Assembly: GCA_029262535.1 (NCBI GenBank)
Contig: JAJCZF010000061.1
Coordinates: 2,778-66,777 of the forward strand
From: Deltaproteobacteria bacterium
Lineage (GTDB): Bacteria > Desulfobacterota > GWC2-55-46 > JAJCZF01
DNA: 64,000 bases
Direction of reading: 5' to 3'
The notes beneath the pieces were generated by a model. The model saw only the letters and a list, made by a program, of their open reading frames with translations. It was not told the origin of the DNA and ran no database searches. Positions 53,155-62,957 of the stretch are shown here, piece by piece; positions within the stretch are counted from its first letter, which is position 1; each line of letters opens with the position of its first letter. A program made the position numbers and the translations under genes.

Positions 53155-53182
53155 GGCTGAATCGACGCGCCGTTAGAGTTAC

Positions 53183-53587
53183 CTATTGGATGACGACCTT
53201 CTTATCGGCCGCGCTAAGTATTCCAAGCGCAAAGACCGCTATAAGCACCACCGCCAGAAGCAGTATACCCGCGCCCGAACCGGTCTCCATCGAGTCAACA
53301 GTCTTTGCGAAGCGATTAAGGTCTTTGTCCGAAAGGGCCGCGACGCGCTCTGCCGCCTCCGCGGAGGTAAGGCCGAGAGACTCAAGCTTCATGCGAACGA
53401 CCTTTGACTCAAGCGCGCTCTTTACCTTGGCTATCTTTGTCGTTCTCGTAAGCTCTACCCGGCTGGACTCTGCATCATATTCGGCTATGGATGCAAGGCT
53501 CTGCGACGGTATGCAAGCTATTACCATAAAGACTGAAAATATAGCGACCGCTACCGGCCTTAGAAACGAACCCTTCATCATGCTCAT
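53183..53587 (-). CDS. small secreted, C-terminally TM-anchored protein of unknown function (PA2779-like by recollection)
   Basis: An N-terminal signal peptide, then KVKSALESKVVRMKLESLGLTSAEAAERVAALSDKDLNRFAKTVD, then the C-terminal TM helix GILLLAVVLIAVFALGILSA. Confidence 0.5.
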   Translation of the reverse strand: MSMMKGSFLRPVAVAIFSVFMVIACIPSQSLASIAEYDAESSRVELTRTTKIAKVKSALESKVVRMKLESLGLTSAEAAERVAALSDKDLNRFAKTVDSMETGSGAGILLLAVVLIAVFALGILSAADKKVVIQ

Positions 53588-53766
53588 ATGCTGCCTCCAC
53601 TATTGATTTTTAATAACTATAAAACAAATATAAGCAGCTGTCAAGCAGGCTGGCCTTCATCAAAAACAGATAAGTCGCCAACTCTTACGGGGTGTCCGAA
53701 ACAGGCACGTTATATCTATATTTCAAGGGCCTTTCCCTCTGATTTTACGGGAGTTTAAGCGTGTCC

Positions 53767-53795
53767 TTGAAATGCGGACGATACTGTGGTAAATT
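53767..53795 (+). promoter_or_regulatory. sigma70-like promoter candidate for the DUF507 operon
   Basis: TTGAAA (53767-53772), 17-nt spacer, TAAATT (53790-53795). Confidence 0.35.
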
Positions 53796-53842
53796 TATCG
53801 CTAGTAGAGTTCTCTTTAGATATCTTAAATAAGGACAATAAG

Positions 53843-54130
53843 ATGGCAATGAAACTGACAAGGCATCAGATCGAAACTATTTCGGCGTTAATCCTGATGC
53901 GTTTGAAAGAGCAGCGAGAGATGACGATGAAGGCCGATGAAGAGACCATACTTGCCGCCATTCGCGGGGCCATCACCGAGGATATCGCGGCGGAGAACAG
54001 CCTGGACCTGGAGGTCCAGAAGATGATGAAAGAACACGAAAAATCAATGAACGCCGAACGCATGGACGAGAGAAAAGTCTTTAATATGATCAAGGCCAAG
54101 CTCGTAAGAGAAAGGGATATCATACTTTGA
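53843..54130 (+). CDS. DUF507 family protein
   Basis: ORF 53786-54130, trimmed to ATG 53843 (AAGGA upstream). MAMKLTRHQIETISALILMRLKE. Confidence 0.65.
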   Translation: MAMKLTRHQIETISALILMRLKEQREMTMKADEETILAAIRGAITEDIAAENSLDLEVQKMMKEHEKSMNAERMDERKVFNMIKAKLVRERDIIL

Positions 54131-54399
54131 GATTATCCGAAGAACGCGTTACGCATATAGCTCACCTGGTGAGCAAGGCGCTCTGGGGCGACGACCTCGT
54201 TGACTTTGAGAGCGACGAGCGGGCCCTTACTACCATTAAAGACGTAATGCGCGACTACCTCACCATCGAAGACGCCGCCAACGAGGCTGCCCGAGATAAG
54301 ATAGAATCGCTCTCTAAAAATGTCCTGGAAGGTACGTCCGAGTGGAATACGCTTTACAGGCAATACCTTGATGAAGAACTCTCCAAAAAGAGATTTTAG
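54127..54399 (+). CDS. DUF507 family protein (second copy)
   Basis: The TTG start overlaps the upstream TGA (TTGA at 54127-54130). MRLSEERVTHIAHLVSKALWGDDLVDF. Confidence 0.65.
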   Translation: MRLSEERVTHIAHLVSKALWGDDLVDFESDERALTTIKDVMRDYLTIEDAANEAARDKIESLSKNVLEGTSEWNTLYRQYLDEELSKKRF

Positions 54400-54458
54400 T
54401 GGAGAATCCGCAGTAAAGTATCCAATCACCCTTAATAAGGCTCTAGTCCGGTAATATT

Positions 54459-55061
54459 ATGGACTTAAAGATCATTCTGCCCCCACTCATAGGCGCTATC
54501 ATCGGGTGGCTCACCAACTACGTTGCGATCAAGTTATTATTTCGCCCCTACGAGCCCGTTCGTATAATAGGATTCAAGATACAGGGGCTCATCCCCAGGC
54601 GGCGCGACGCCATCACGCGCTCTTTAGCCGACACAATTGAAAAAGACCTGCTATCGGGCCGCGACATCGCGGAGCTCGTCAATAGCATCAACTGGGAGAG
54701 CGAAGTAGCCAGGGGCGTTGAGGAGGCGGTAGACCACCGCATGTCGGGCAACACACTCAAGAAGGTGCCGCTCATCGGCGCCTTTTCCGATAATATAAAA
54801 GACCATGTAAAGTATCTCATTACGCGAGAGATTCTTTTACTCATAGAAAGAAAGAAAGAAGAGCTTCAGATAAAGATAAGAAATAGCGTCGATATCAAAG
54901 AGCGCGTTATTGAGAAGATAGACAAGCTCGACATGGATAGATTCGAGACGATGTTACTCGGTATAATAGCAAAAGAACTCAGGCACCTTGAATGGCTAGG
55001 CGCCCTTATGGGTTTTCTTATCGGCCTCGTTCAGGCCATTATTCTTTATATATTTTTCTAA
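54459..55061 (+). CDS. DUF445 family membrane protein
   Basis: LIGAIIGWLTNYVAIKLLFRPYEP is the DUF445 N-terminal signature. A C-terminal TM helix is present. Confidence 0.7.
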   Translation: MDLKIILPPLIGAIIGWLTNYVAIKLLFRPYEPVRIIGFKIQGLIPRRRDAITRSLADTIEKDLLSGRDIAELVNSINWESEVARGVEEAVDHRMSGNTLKKVPLIGAFSDNIKDHVKYLITREILLLIERKKEELQIKIRNSVDIKERVIEKIDKLDMDRFETMLLGIIAKELRHLEWLGALMGFLIGLVQAIILYIFF

Positions 55062-55069
55062 CGGTTATT

Positions 55070-55807
55070 ATGAAGAACGTCATTACCATCGCCGGCTCCG
55101 ACCCTTCGGGCGGCGCGGGCCTTCAGGCAGATATCGCGGTCTTCAGGGACCTAAAGGTTCGCCCCTTTTCCGTGGTGACCGCGCTCACGGCGCAAAGCGG
55201 CGCGGGTGTAATAGAGGTGCGCGCCGTTCCGGCCTCATTCGTAGCGACTCAACTGGAGACACTTATTAAGAGGTACGAAATCGACGCGCTTAAGATCGGC
55301 ATGCTCGCGCGAGCCTCCACAGTGAGACGGCTTGTCAAATTCTTTAAAGAGAACCCGTGCGCAAATATCGTGCTCGACCCGGTAATGGACTCATCGAACG
55401 GCATCTCGCTGCTCGACGCGGACGGGCGGGTCGCCCTGATGGACCTCTTGCCCTATGTCAGGGTCCTGACACCCAATCTCGACGAGGCGGCGGCGCTGAC
55501 CAATAGGAGGGTACGCACCATAAGAGAGATGAAAGAGGCCGCAAAACGACTACACGATTCAGGTCCGGGAGCGGTTGTCATCAAGGGCGGACATCTTAAA
55601 AAGAGCGCGGTAGATCTACTCTACGACGGCCTCTCATTCGAATATATTGAAGGAGAACGTGTCACGAGCGCCCGGGAGTGGTTACACGGAACGGGTTGTC
55701 GTTTTTCTTCCGCCATAAGCGCGCACCTCGCTAGTGGCGTCAGCCTTGAAAGCGCCGTTCGCAAGGCCAAGCTCTATGTCTTAAATAGTATCAGGCGAAA
55801 GGTTTAG
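55070..55807 (+). CDS. thiD: hydroxymethylpyrimidine/phosphomethylpyrimidine kinase
   Basis: ORF 54992-55807, trimmed to ATG 55070. MKNVITIAGSDPSGGAGLQADIAVF and GTGCRFSSAI. Confidence 0.9.
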   Translation: MKNVITIAGSDPSGGAGLQADIAVFRDLKVRPFSVVTALTAQSGAGVIEVRAVPASFVATQLETLIKRYEIDALKIGMLARASTVRRLVKFFKENPCANIVLDPVMDSSNGISLLDADGRVALMDLLPYVRVLTPNLDEAAALTNRRVRTIREMKEAAKRLHDSGPGAVVIKGGHLKKSAVDLLYDGLSFEYIEGERVTSAREWLHGTGCRFSSAISAHLASGVSLESAVRKAKLYVLNSIRRKV

Positions 55808-55813
55808 TAAAAG

Positions 55814-56620
55814 GTGCCGATGGAATATTTTATAATCGCAGTCGAAGTACTTATTCTCTTCTTCTCGCTCGTCGCCCTTTATTTTCTATTTGTCACGCGC
55901 GGTTCACTTATCATACAATCTCTCTTCGACGCGGAAAATAGCCGCTCCCATATTTACTGGGTATATTCTAACAAATACCTCATCTGGCTCACCGACAGGC
56001 AGTTCGTAGTCTCGGCTATACTCTTATTTAATTATAAGAGGCTCGTGGACGGGGTCGTCAGGTCGCTCAACCCGTCGCTTGAGGGTAAGCGAGTATTGCA
56101 GGTATCATGCGCCTTCGGTAATATCACCAACAGGATCGTTAAAAAATGTATTAACGAGGGGGCAGAGCAGGTAGTCATAACCGACCTCATGCCGAACGAA
56201 TTAAGGCATACCGAAAATAAACTTAAGAAGGCCCGGCTTGACGATATATGCAGCTTTGCCCTTGAGGATGCGGTCGAGCTATCTCACCCCGAAGAGAGCT
56301 TTGACTACGTAGTCCTCTTCTTTCTCTTCCACGAGCTACCCTATCCGAAGAAGGTCGAGGTCCTAAAGGAATGCTCACGCGTGCTTCGTCCGGGAGGCAA
56401 GATAATCTTTGGAGAGTTCCATTGCCCGACCTCTAAATTACTAAAAATATCCGGAAAATGTTTCTTCTGGATCTTTGAAAAGTTCGCCTATGAGATGTGG
56501 TATCGCTTCGACCCGGAGGAGGTATTAGATAGAGAGACAGATGAGAGGTGGGAGTATTTCAGGAAGACATATCTCTTTGGCAACTACCAGTTATTTACCG
56601 CTAAAAAACTCGATTCGTAG
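55814..56620 (+). CDS. class I SAM-dependent methyltransferase with an N-terminal TM helix
   Basis: Hydrophobic N-terminus IIAVEVLILFFSLVALYFLF. VLQVSCAFGNIT, FDYVVLFFLFHELP, LRPGGKIIFGEF. Confidence 0.7.
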   Translation: MPMEYFIIAVEVLILFFSLVALYFLFVTRGSLIIQSLFDAENSRSHIYWVYSNKYLIWLTDRQFVVSAILLFNYKRLVDGVVRSLNPSLEGKRVLQVSCAFGNITNRIVKKCINEGAEQVVITDLMPNELRHTENKLKKARLDDICSFALEDAVELSHPEESFDYVVLFFLFHELPYPKKVEVLKECSRVLRPGGKIIFGEFHCPTSKLLKISGKCFFWIFEKFAYEMWYRFDPEEVLDRETDERWEYFRKTYLFGNYQLFTAKKLDS

Positions 56621-56667
56621 ACCAAAAAAGGGCGCACGACAGAAGCCGACGCGACAAGGCTTCTTAC

Positions 56668-58992
56668 CTACTTATTAACAACCGTAGTTCTCAGCCTATC
56701 GCGCAGTTCATTATTTTCTTCGATAAGGGCCTTTATTTCGTTCCTAAGGGCCTCCATCTTTATCTCACGCCCTACCATGAGCCTGTTCATGCGGGTCGTC
56801 TCGTCGATATTTTTTGCAAGCTTCTCTTCGGCCTCCTTTCTGGCGCTTATGTCGCGTATCATGTAGATGGCATGAAGCCTGTCGCCCACGCAGGCGCATG
56901 AGAGCGACAACTCAATTGCAAACTCGGTCCCGTCTTTCTTTGTGCCGGTAGTCTCGGAGGTGCCTCCACAACCGTCTTGCGCGCCAACATCCAGAACACT
57001 CGTTGAAGCAGTGACCTTGCCTACGTCGCATTCACCATCAGAGATTACTTCGGCCTTGATAATACTGCCTAGCGACATGCCGATAGCTTCTTTAGCACTA
57101 TAACCAAAAACCTTCTCCGCCGCAGGGTTCCAGTAGGCTATACTGCCCTTATCATCGCTTAGGACTATGGCGTCGTTCGCGGACGAAGTTATGGCCTTAA
57201 GGCGCGCCTCGCTGTCGCGCACGGCGGCCTCGGCCTTCTTTCTATCGGTGATATCGCGGCATACCCCTATCATTGACACGGGACGCCCCTCGGCGTCGGT
57301 TGAGGTAACGGCCTGCGCATAAACATATAACCACTCGCCAGGAAGCCTGCCGCGTACCCGGTACTCAAAGGCGTAACGACTGGCATTACGCATGGCCTTT
57401 AACGTAGCCTCCTCAGTAGCTGCAAGGTCCTCCGGGTGGATACAAGTCTTCCATGAATCGAGGCTCCCGTCGAACTCTCCGGGTTCGAAACCGAAGATCC
57501 TCTGCATCCGGTCGTCCCAGACCACGAGCCCCGACTTTATATCCCATGTCCATGTGCCTTCCCCGGCCACGTCGAGCGAGAGCTGGAGCCGCGCCTGATT
57601 CTCCTTTAACGCATCCTCGGAGAGCATTACGTTAAGGGCGTCGGTCATCCTTAATGCGACATCCCTGAAAAGCATCTCTTCCTCTTTGGTCCATTCCCTC
57701 TTATGCGAACACTGATGAAGCCCCATGAGCCAAGGGCTTCCGACCTTCGGGTGCAGCGCCATGACTATCTGAGAGCGTATCGTGAACTGCTTAACCATAT
57801 CCGTGCCTGATTCGCCCGGGGGAAGCTCATTAGAGTCGAATAGAAAGGTTGCCGGCTCTCTCGTCTCCAGGGTCTTCTTGAAAACGTTGCGAGAGATCTC
57901 GTTACTTGCGACCTTGACCTCTCCGGTCACTGCATACTCGGGACGAGTAACCTGATAGGGCACGGTCCATTCGGGGGCGTTAAGGTCACAGGGATAGAGG
58001 AGCCATGCCCTGTCGCCTGAAAATATTTCGAGTATAGTGGAAAGGCACGCACTAAGAATCTCATCGGTGTCGAGCGCATACTCCAGGGCTTCGTTGACGC
58101 GATTCATGCTTTTGAAATAATGCAGTGTGGCGGCAAGCTTCTCCTCGACGCGCCTACTTTCGGTTATATCCCTTGCCGATGCGTAGAGAAGACCTTCTTC
58201 GGAGGCATGACCGCGCCACGATAGAGTCCTATATGAGCCGTCCTTTGCCCGGTAACGATTGACAAAGGCCAAGGTCGCCGAGCCCTTAAGCTGCCTCTCC
58301 ACCTCCGCAACCGTCGCTTCGCGGTCATCGGGATGTATCAGCTCCATATAAGGTTTTGCCAGAATTTCATCGACGGTATAACCGAGCACACCCTCCCATG
58401 CAGGGTTAAGGCGTTTAAAATAACCGTCTGTAGAGGCTATGCAGAGGAGATCGGAAGAGATGGAAAAGAAACGGTCAACCTCTTGCGCGGCCTTGGAGCG
58501 TCCACTGCTCTCCAGCTTCAACGCTTCGGTACATTCATCGACCAACTCTTCAAGGTGATTACGATACCTCTTTAACTCTTCTTCTTTTCTCCTGTTTTCC
58601 CGCCGTGCCTCAAGGTCCTTTAACTCGCGCTCAAGTGCCGGGACGAGACGTTCCATCTTTTCCTTGCTGATATAGTCGTGGGCTCCCGCCTTCATTGCGG
58701 CGACGGCTGTCTCTTCATCGATCTTGCCCGAGATAATAATAAAGGGCAGATCCAGTCCGCTTTCCTTGAACATGGCAAGCACATCAAGAGCGGTAAATCC
58801 GTCCATTATATAGTCGCAAATAAGAGCGTCCCATCTCTCTTCAGGACGGTCGGACAGGGCCTTTGATATAGAATCAATATCCTCGACTAAAGACGATGAA
58901 ACCTTGTATCCTGCGGCCTCAAGACAGTGCACTACCATCTTCGCCGCAGTAACGGAGTCCTCTACTATAAGTAAGGAAAGCTTTTTTGACAT
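56668..58992 (-). CDS. response-regulator receiver fused to PAS-GAF-PAS-PAS sensor modules, with no recognisable output domain
   Basis: The REC domain shows LLIVEDS, ALICDYIMDG and ISGKIDEE. There are PAS-like segments (DLLCIASTDGYFKRLNPAWEGVLGY; GTWTWDIKSGLVVWDDRMQRIFGF; NDAIVLSDDKGSIAYWNPAAEKVFGY). The C-terminus is a coiled coil. Confidence 0.75.
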   Translation of the reverse strand: MSKKLSLLIVEDSVTAAKMVVHCLEAAGYKVSSSLVEDIDSISKALSDRPEERWDALICDYIMDGFTALDVLAMFKESGLDLPFIIISGKIDEETAVAAMKAGAHDYISKEKMERLVPALERELKDLEARRENRRKEEELKRYRNHLEELVDECTEALKLESSGRSKAAQEVDRFFSISSDLLCIASTDGYFKRLNPAWEGVLGYTVDEILAKPYMELIHPDDREATVAEVERQLKGSATLAFVNRYRAKDGSYRTLSWRGHASEEGLLYASARDITESRRVEEKLAATLHYFKSMNRVNEALEYALDTDEILSACLSTILEIFSGDRAWLLYPCDLNAPEWTVPYQVTRPEYAVTGEVKVASNEISRNVFKKTLETREPATFLFDSNELPPGESGTDMVKQFTIRSQIVMALHPKVGSPWLMGLHQCSHKREWTKEEEMLFRDVALRMTDALNVMLSEDALKENQARLQLSLDVAGEGTWTWDIKSGLVVWDDRMQRIFGFEPGEFDGSLDSWKTCIHPEDLAATEEATLKAMRNASRYAFEYRVRGRLPGEWLYVYAQAVTSTDAEGRPVSMIGVCRDITDRKKAEAAVRDSEARLKAITSSANDAIVLSDDKGSIAYWNPAAEKVFGYSAKEAIGMSLGSIIKAEVISDGECDVGKVTASTSVLDVGAQDGCGGTSETTGTKKDGTEFAIELSLSCACVGDRLHAIYMIRDISARKEAEEKLAKNIDETTRMNRLMVGREIKMEALRNEIKALIEENNELRDRLRTTVVNK

Positions 58993-59128
58993 ATCGATTC
59001 AGACTCTAGTTTTAATTAGAATTTAGAGAAGAAAATAGTACCTCAGGGATACGAATCCACAAAGTTATTATAGCATATTTAGAGGTTAAAAGAGGAAAGG
59101 CCAAGGTCGAAAATTAACCCAGGCTAAA

Positions 59129-59836
59129 TCAGGTGGGCCAGCCCCCATCTCGCAAGCTATAGTGCATACCTCTTCCGATTATGATATGGTCGTGGACCTT
59201 CATATCAACGGCCTTTGCGGCGCGCTCCAGTTCCTTCGTCATGCGGATGTCGGCCCTGGAAGGGGTAGAGTCTCCGCTCGGATGGTTGTGAACAAATATA
59301 ATAGAGCGGGCATTGTGCTTCAACGCGGACTCGATAACCTTCCTCGGGTATATCGCAGTCTGGTCGAGCGTGCCCTCGTGAAGTATCTCCATTGAGAGGA
59401 CCTCGTTCTTGGTGCTAAGATAGATCGCCATAAACTTTTCTATCCTCGACCCGGACAACTCGTGATTCAGGTAATCTATAACATCGTCAGGCGAGCTTAT
59501 TACAGACTTGCCGATAGCGCGTTCTTTAAGGTAGGCGGTGCCAAGTTCCTTGACAAGTTTTATAAGGACCGAGACGCGATCTCCAATGCCGGGAATGCGC
59601 TTAAGATCATCCGGGGTAGCGTCGAAGAGCGCGCGTAGTGAACCGAAACGGCGCAAGAGCGCCTTTGCCACAGGTTTGACGTCGCGTCTCGGTATGGCGT
59701 AGGTCAAGAGCAGCTCCACGGCCTCGTAGTCGTGAAAGGCCGTCAAGCCTGCCTTCTGATACTTCTCCCTAAGGCGTTCTCTATGGCCTGTATGTAGAGG
59801 CTCTTCGGCCTTATTCGCGTTTGTCTCTTCGGACAT
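59129..59836 (-). CDS. radC: RadC-family JAB/MPN-domain protein
   Basis: Helix-hairpin-helix LKRIPGIGDRV and the JAMM motif VHNHPSGDSTPSRADI. Confidence 0.9.
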   Translation of the reverse strand: MSEETNANKAEEPLHTGHRERLREKYQKAGLTAFHDYEAVELLLTYAIPRRDVKPVAKALLRRFGSLRALFDATPDDLKRIPGIGDRVSVLIKLVKELGTAYLKERAIGKSVISSPDDVIDYLNHELSGSRIEKFMAIYLSTKNEVLSMEILHEGTLDQTAIYPRKVIESALKHNARSIIFVHNHPSGDSTPSRADIRMTKELERAAKAVDMKVHDHIIIGRGMHYSLRDGGWPT

Positions 59837-59850
59837 TTTTTAAAAACCTT

Positions 59851-60747
59851 TTAAAGCGGCTCGTCGCCGGAATTACCATCTGAAGGGCCCGGTTCTTGAG
59901 ACTCCTCTTTAGAAGGTTTTATCTCTTCGAGCAGGCCATCTACACTCTCCGTAGCGGAGAGGCTTCTATCGAGCAATTCGGAACCCTTCTTCATAACATC
60001 CATAAAGGGGCTGATCAGATCTATTGGCAGAGGGAAGATAGTAGTCGAATTCTTCTCCGCCGATACCTCGGTAAGGGTCTGCAGATAACGCAGTTGTAAA
60101 GAGATCGGGCTCTTACCCAACTCTTCGGCAGCCCTTGCTATGGCAGCGGCAGCGGCCGCTTCGCCCTCGGCGTGGATTATCTTGGCCCTCTTTTCACGCT
60201 CGGCCTCGGCCTGCTTGGCCATGGCGCGTTTCATCTCTTCGGGCAGGTCGATGCCCTTAAGCTCGACGACCGACACCTTTACGCCCCACGGATCGGTCTG
60301 GCGGTCGAGTATCTCCTGAATCTGCTTGTTAAGGTTTTCTCTAGATATCAAAAGCTCGTCAAGTTCGGCCTGTCCGCATACGCTTCTCAATGTCGTCTGC
60401 GCCAGCTGGCTCGTCGCATAAAGAAAGTTCTCGACCTGAATAATGGCCTTATCGGGCGTCATCACGCGAAAGTAGACGACCGCGTTGACCTTAACCGAGA
60501 CATTATCTCGCGTTATAACCTCCTGAGGGGGCACATCCAGGGTGATGAGACGCAAGCTGACCCTTACCATCTTCTGGATGCCGGGTATAAGAATAATAAG
60601 GCCCGGACCCTTTACCGACTGGTACTTACCGAGAAAAAATACGACCCCGCGTTCATACTCGCGAAGTATCTTTATCGCGGAAAATAAAAACAACAGTATG
60701 ATTACGATTATTACTATAACGCCGGTTCCGGCTCCGCCAAATGGCAT
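59851..60747 (-). CDS. SPFH/band-7 (stomatin-like, slipin) protein
   Basis: An N-terminal TM helix, [16 protein letters not shown], and an Ala/Glu-rich coiled coil [20 protein letters not shown]. Confidence 0.9.
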   Translation of the reverse strand: MPFGGAGTGVIVIIVIILLFLFSAIKILREYERGVVFFLGKYQSVKGPGLIILIPGIQKMVRVSLRLITLDVPPQEVITRDNVSVKVNAVVYFRVMTPDKAIIQVENFLYATSQLAQTTLRSVCGQAELDELLISRENLNKQIQEILDRQTDPWGVKVSVVELKGIDLPEEMKRAMAKQAEAEREKRAKIIHAEGEAAAAAAIARAAEELGKSPISLQLRYLQTLTEVSAEKNSTTIFPLPIDLISPFMDVMKKGSELLDRSLSATESVDGLLEEIKPSKEESQEPGPSDGNSGDEPL

Positions 60748-60773
60748 GGTCTTTCTCCTTTCAAACGTTAAAA

Positions 60774-62138
60774 CTAACCCTTCTTAACGGTCAAGGTTAG
60801 TCCGTCTACAGATACAACCTTTACCTTATCGTCTTTCTTTATGGTGCCGCCGGATGCTGGCGCGACCCTGGCCTTCCAGTACTCTCCGTGCACGAATACC
60901 TGTCCCGCTCCGTCGCCACTACCCGGCGTTAGGTCCGCAAGTGCCGTGCCTAGTTCGCCAACGAGCGCGACCTCGCCCGAGACCGCACCCTGCCTCTGTA
61001 TCTTTACAGCATAATAACCTATCAAGACGCAAAAAGCGCCTATGAAGACGATCGTCGGCAGCATTACCGGAAGAGAAACCCGCATAAAAGGCTCTTGAGA
61101 ATCGAATAACATCAAAGAGCCCATAATGAGCGAAACGATACCGGCCAGTGTCAAGAGACCAAAGCTCACCACCTGTATCTCGACAATAAAAAATATGGCG
61201 GCAAGCCCGATAAGCAGTAGGCCTGCATAATTAACAGGAAGCGTCTGAAAGGAATAAAAGGCCAATATCAGCGATATCGCCCCGACCACCCCCGGAAATA
61301 TCACACCCGGATTGGATAGCTCGAAATATAGGCCGGCCATGCCGATCATCATAAGTATATAAGCGACATTCGGATTCGAGATTACCTTGAGAATGCTGTG
61401 ACGCGTGCCCATCTCTACCGTCTTTATCAATGCCCCCTCTGTATTAATGGTCTTCTCTCCCATTCGGAGATCGACCTTCATACCGTCCAGCTGGTCTAAA
61501 AGCGACGCCAGATCGGTAGCGATAAAGTCTATAACCCCAAGGCTTGCCGCCTCGTCTGCCGTGACATTAACCGACTCTCTCACGGCCTTCTCGGCCCACT
61601 CTGCATTCCTGCCGCGCTTTTTCGCAATACTCTTTATATAAGCGGCCGAGTCGTTCTCGACCTTCTTCATCATCGTCTCGTCCATCTCCTTGCCGCCCAT
61701 TGCCACGGGATGCGCGCTACCCATATTAGTGCCGGGAGCCATCGCCGCCACATGCGCCGCGTAAGAGATAAAGACACCTGCCGAAGCGGCCCTCGACCCG
61801 CCCGGAGCCACGTAAACAACGACCGGAACATTCGCTGTGAGCATGCCCTTTATAATATCGCGCATAGAAAGATCGAGCCCGCCGGGGGTGTCCATCTGAA
61901 TTATAACGGCCTCGACCCCGGCCTTCTCCCCGTCCGATATAGCGCCGAGTATATACTCGGCCATTACCGGATTGATAACGCCCTCGGCCTCTACAAGATG
62001 CACTACCGCGGCAACATTATCAGTGGCGGGCGCACCGGTATCGACAGGACTCTCTTGAGGTGATTTTTCAGTAGATGCAGAGACAAAGAGAGGCAATAAA
62101 ATCAGTATTGTGACTATGACCCATACTATCCGTTTCAT
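60774..62138 (-). CDS. NfeD-family membrane-bound ClpP-class serine protease
   Basis: A signal peptide, the ClpP-like block [33 protein letters not shown], four TM helices, and a C-terminal OB-like NfeD domain. Confidence 0.9.
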   Translation of the reverse strand: MKRIVWVIVTILILLPLFVSASTEKSPQESPVDTGAPATDNVAAVVHLVEAEGVINPVMAEYILGAISDGEKAGVEAVIIQMDTPGGLDLSMRDIIKGMLTANVPVVVYVAPGGSRAASAGVFISYAAHVAAMAPGTNMGSAHPVAMGGKEMDETMMKKVENDSAAYIKSIAKKRGRNAEWAEKAVRESVNVTADEAASLGVIDFIATDLASLLDQLDGMKVDLRMGEKTINTEGALIKTVEMGTRHSILKVISNPNVAYILMMIGMAGLYFELSNPGVIFPGVVGAISLILAFYSFQTLPVNYAGLLLIGLAAIFFIVEIQVVSFGLLTLAGIVSLIMGSLMLFDSQEPFMRVSLPVMLPTIVFIGAFCVLIGYYAVKIQRQGAVSGEVALVGELGTALADLTPGSGDGAGQVFVHGEYWKARVAPASGGTIKKDDKVKVVSVDGLTLTVKKG

Positions 62139-62144
62139 ACTTAA

Positions 62145-62208
62145 ATATTATCAGCATTCCCCCTCCTTTGCAACCCCGCACAGCACACAGGTGTGCTTTT
62201 ATTTCGCG
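62145..62208 (-). promoter_or_regulatory. sigma70-like promoter abutting the nfeD ATG, plus a conserved 30-nt upstream element carrying a perfect palindrome
   Basis: Minus strand: TTGCAA (62168-62173), 17-nt spacer, TAATAT (complement of 62145-62150), then 6 nt and the ATG (62138). The element 62179-62208 contains AGCACAC-AG-GTGTGCT (62182-62197). Confidence 0.45.
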
Positions 62209-62323
62209 GATAAGATCTGTACAAGAGCGATAATCGCCATCCGCGAAGGAAGTGTAATAGCCAATCGTCTTTTTAAAGCATTAAGAGAGTTTGCAGACTT
62301 TCATATCAGAGAAAACTCCCTCA

Positions 62324-62941
62324 TTACCCCTTCAAAAGACCCATCACGGCCTTTATATGGCCCCAGGCGAGCCGTTTACGCTCCGGGTCGGAGCCTATGT
62401 CGGATAATGAGAGAGTCGGCATTAGGGAGATACCGCGAGCCTTTAAGAGCGAACCGGCCTCATAGTCCGGGCCGAGTAAAGAGCTTGCCGCCTCGGGTCC
62501 GAATACCAATACGGCGGCAGGCCTTACGGCCCCTATCAACAAGGACACTGCGCGGGCGCAGCCGCTCTCAGGGCCGCCTTCTTCAGCAGACCAGGCGCCG
62601 GCTGCGCACTCGTTAAGCTCTATGGTATATACGGACTTGGAATCAAGCTTAAAGGCTCCTTCAATAATGGCCTTCAAGAGATCATTCTCTTTATCGTTTA
62701 AAGGGCCGTGCTCCCCCGATGCTACTATGACAAGGTGCGAATCAGGCGCGCCGGTCGCCGAGATTGTTAGAGAGGCTGTCCCGCAGCTCTCACAACCCTC
62801 AAAAGAGAGGCGCGCTCTCTCCAGGCGATCTTCGGCGCTTACCTTCGGTGCGGAGTCATTTATAAAGGCCACGCCGGAATCGGCCATCAGTTCCAGCCTC
62901 TTTTCCAGCGCGTTTATTGCCTCTTTTAAGATAGTTTCCAT
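62324..62941 (-). CDS. uracil-DNA-glycosylase-fold (family 4-like) protein lacking the catalytic motifs
   Basis: Its layout matches family 4 UDG: FEGCESCG, LVIVASGEHGPLNDKENDLL, AAVLVFGPEAASSLLG, PTLSLSDIGSDPERKRLAWGHIK. However, GEAPG, PFVG and the HPS histidine are not present. Confidence 0.5.
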   Translation of the reverse strand: METILKEAINALEKRLELMADSGVAFINDSAPKVSAEDRLERARLSFEGCESCGTASLTISATGAPDSHLVIVASGEHGPLNDKENDLLKAIIEGAFKLDSKSVYTIELNECAAGAWSAEEGGPESGCARAVSLLIGAVRPAAVLVFGPEAASSLLGPDYEAGSLLKARGISLMPTLSLSDIGSDPERKRLAWGHIKAVMGLLKG

Positions 62942-62957
62942 TAGAGCCCCTTTGGGT

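Noticed and set aside
59851-62138. The SPFH/NfeD pair as a novel system
   Set aside because: It is a well-known conserved operon (stomatin-like protein plus its ClpP-class NfeD protease). Only its promoter architecture seemed worth reporting.
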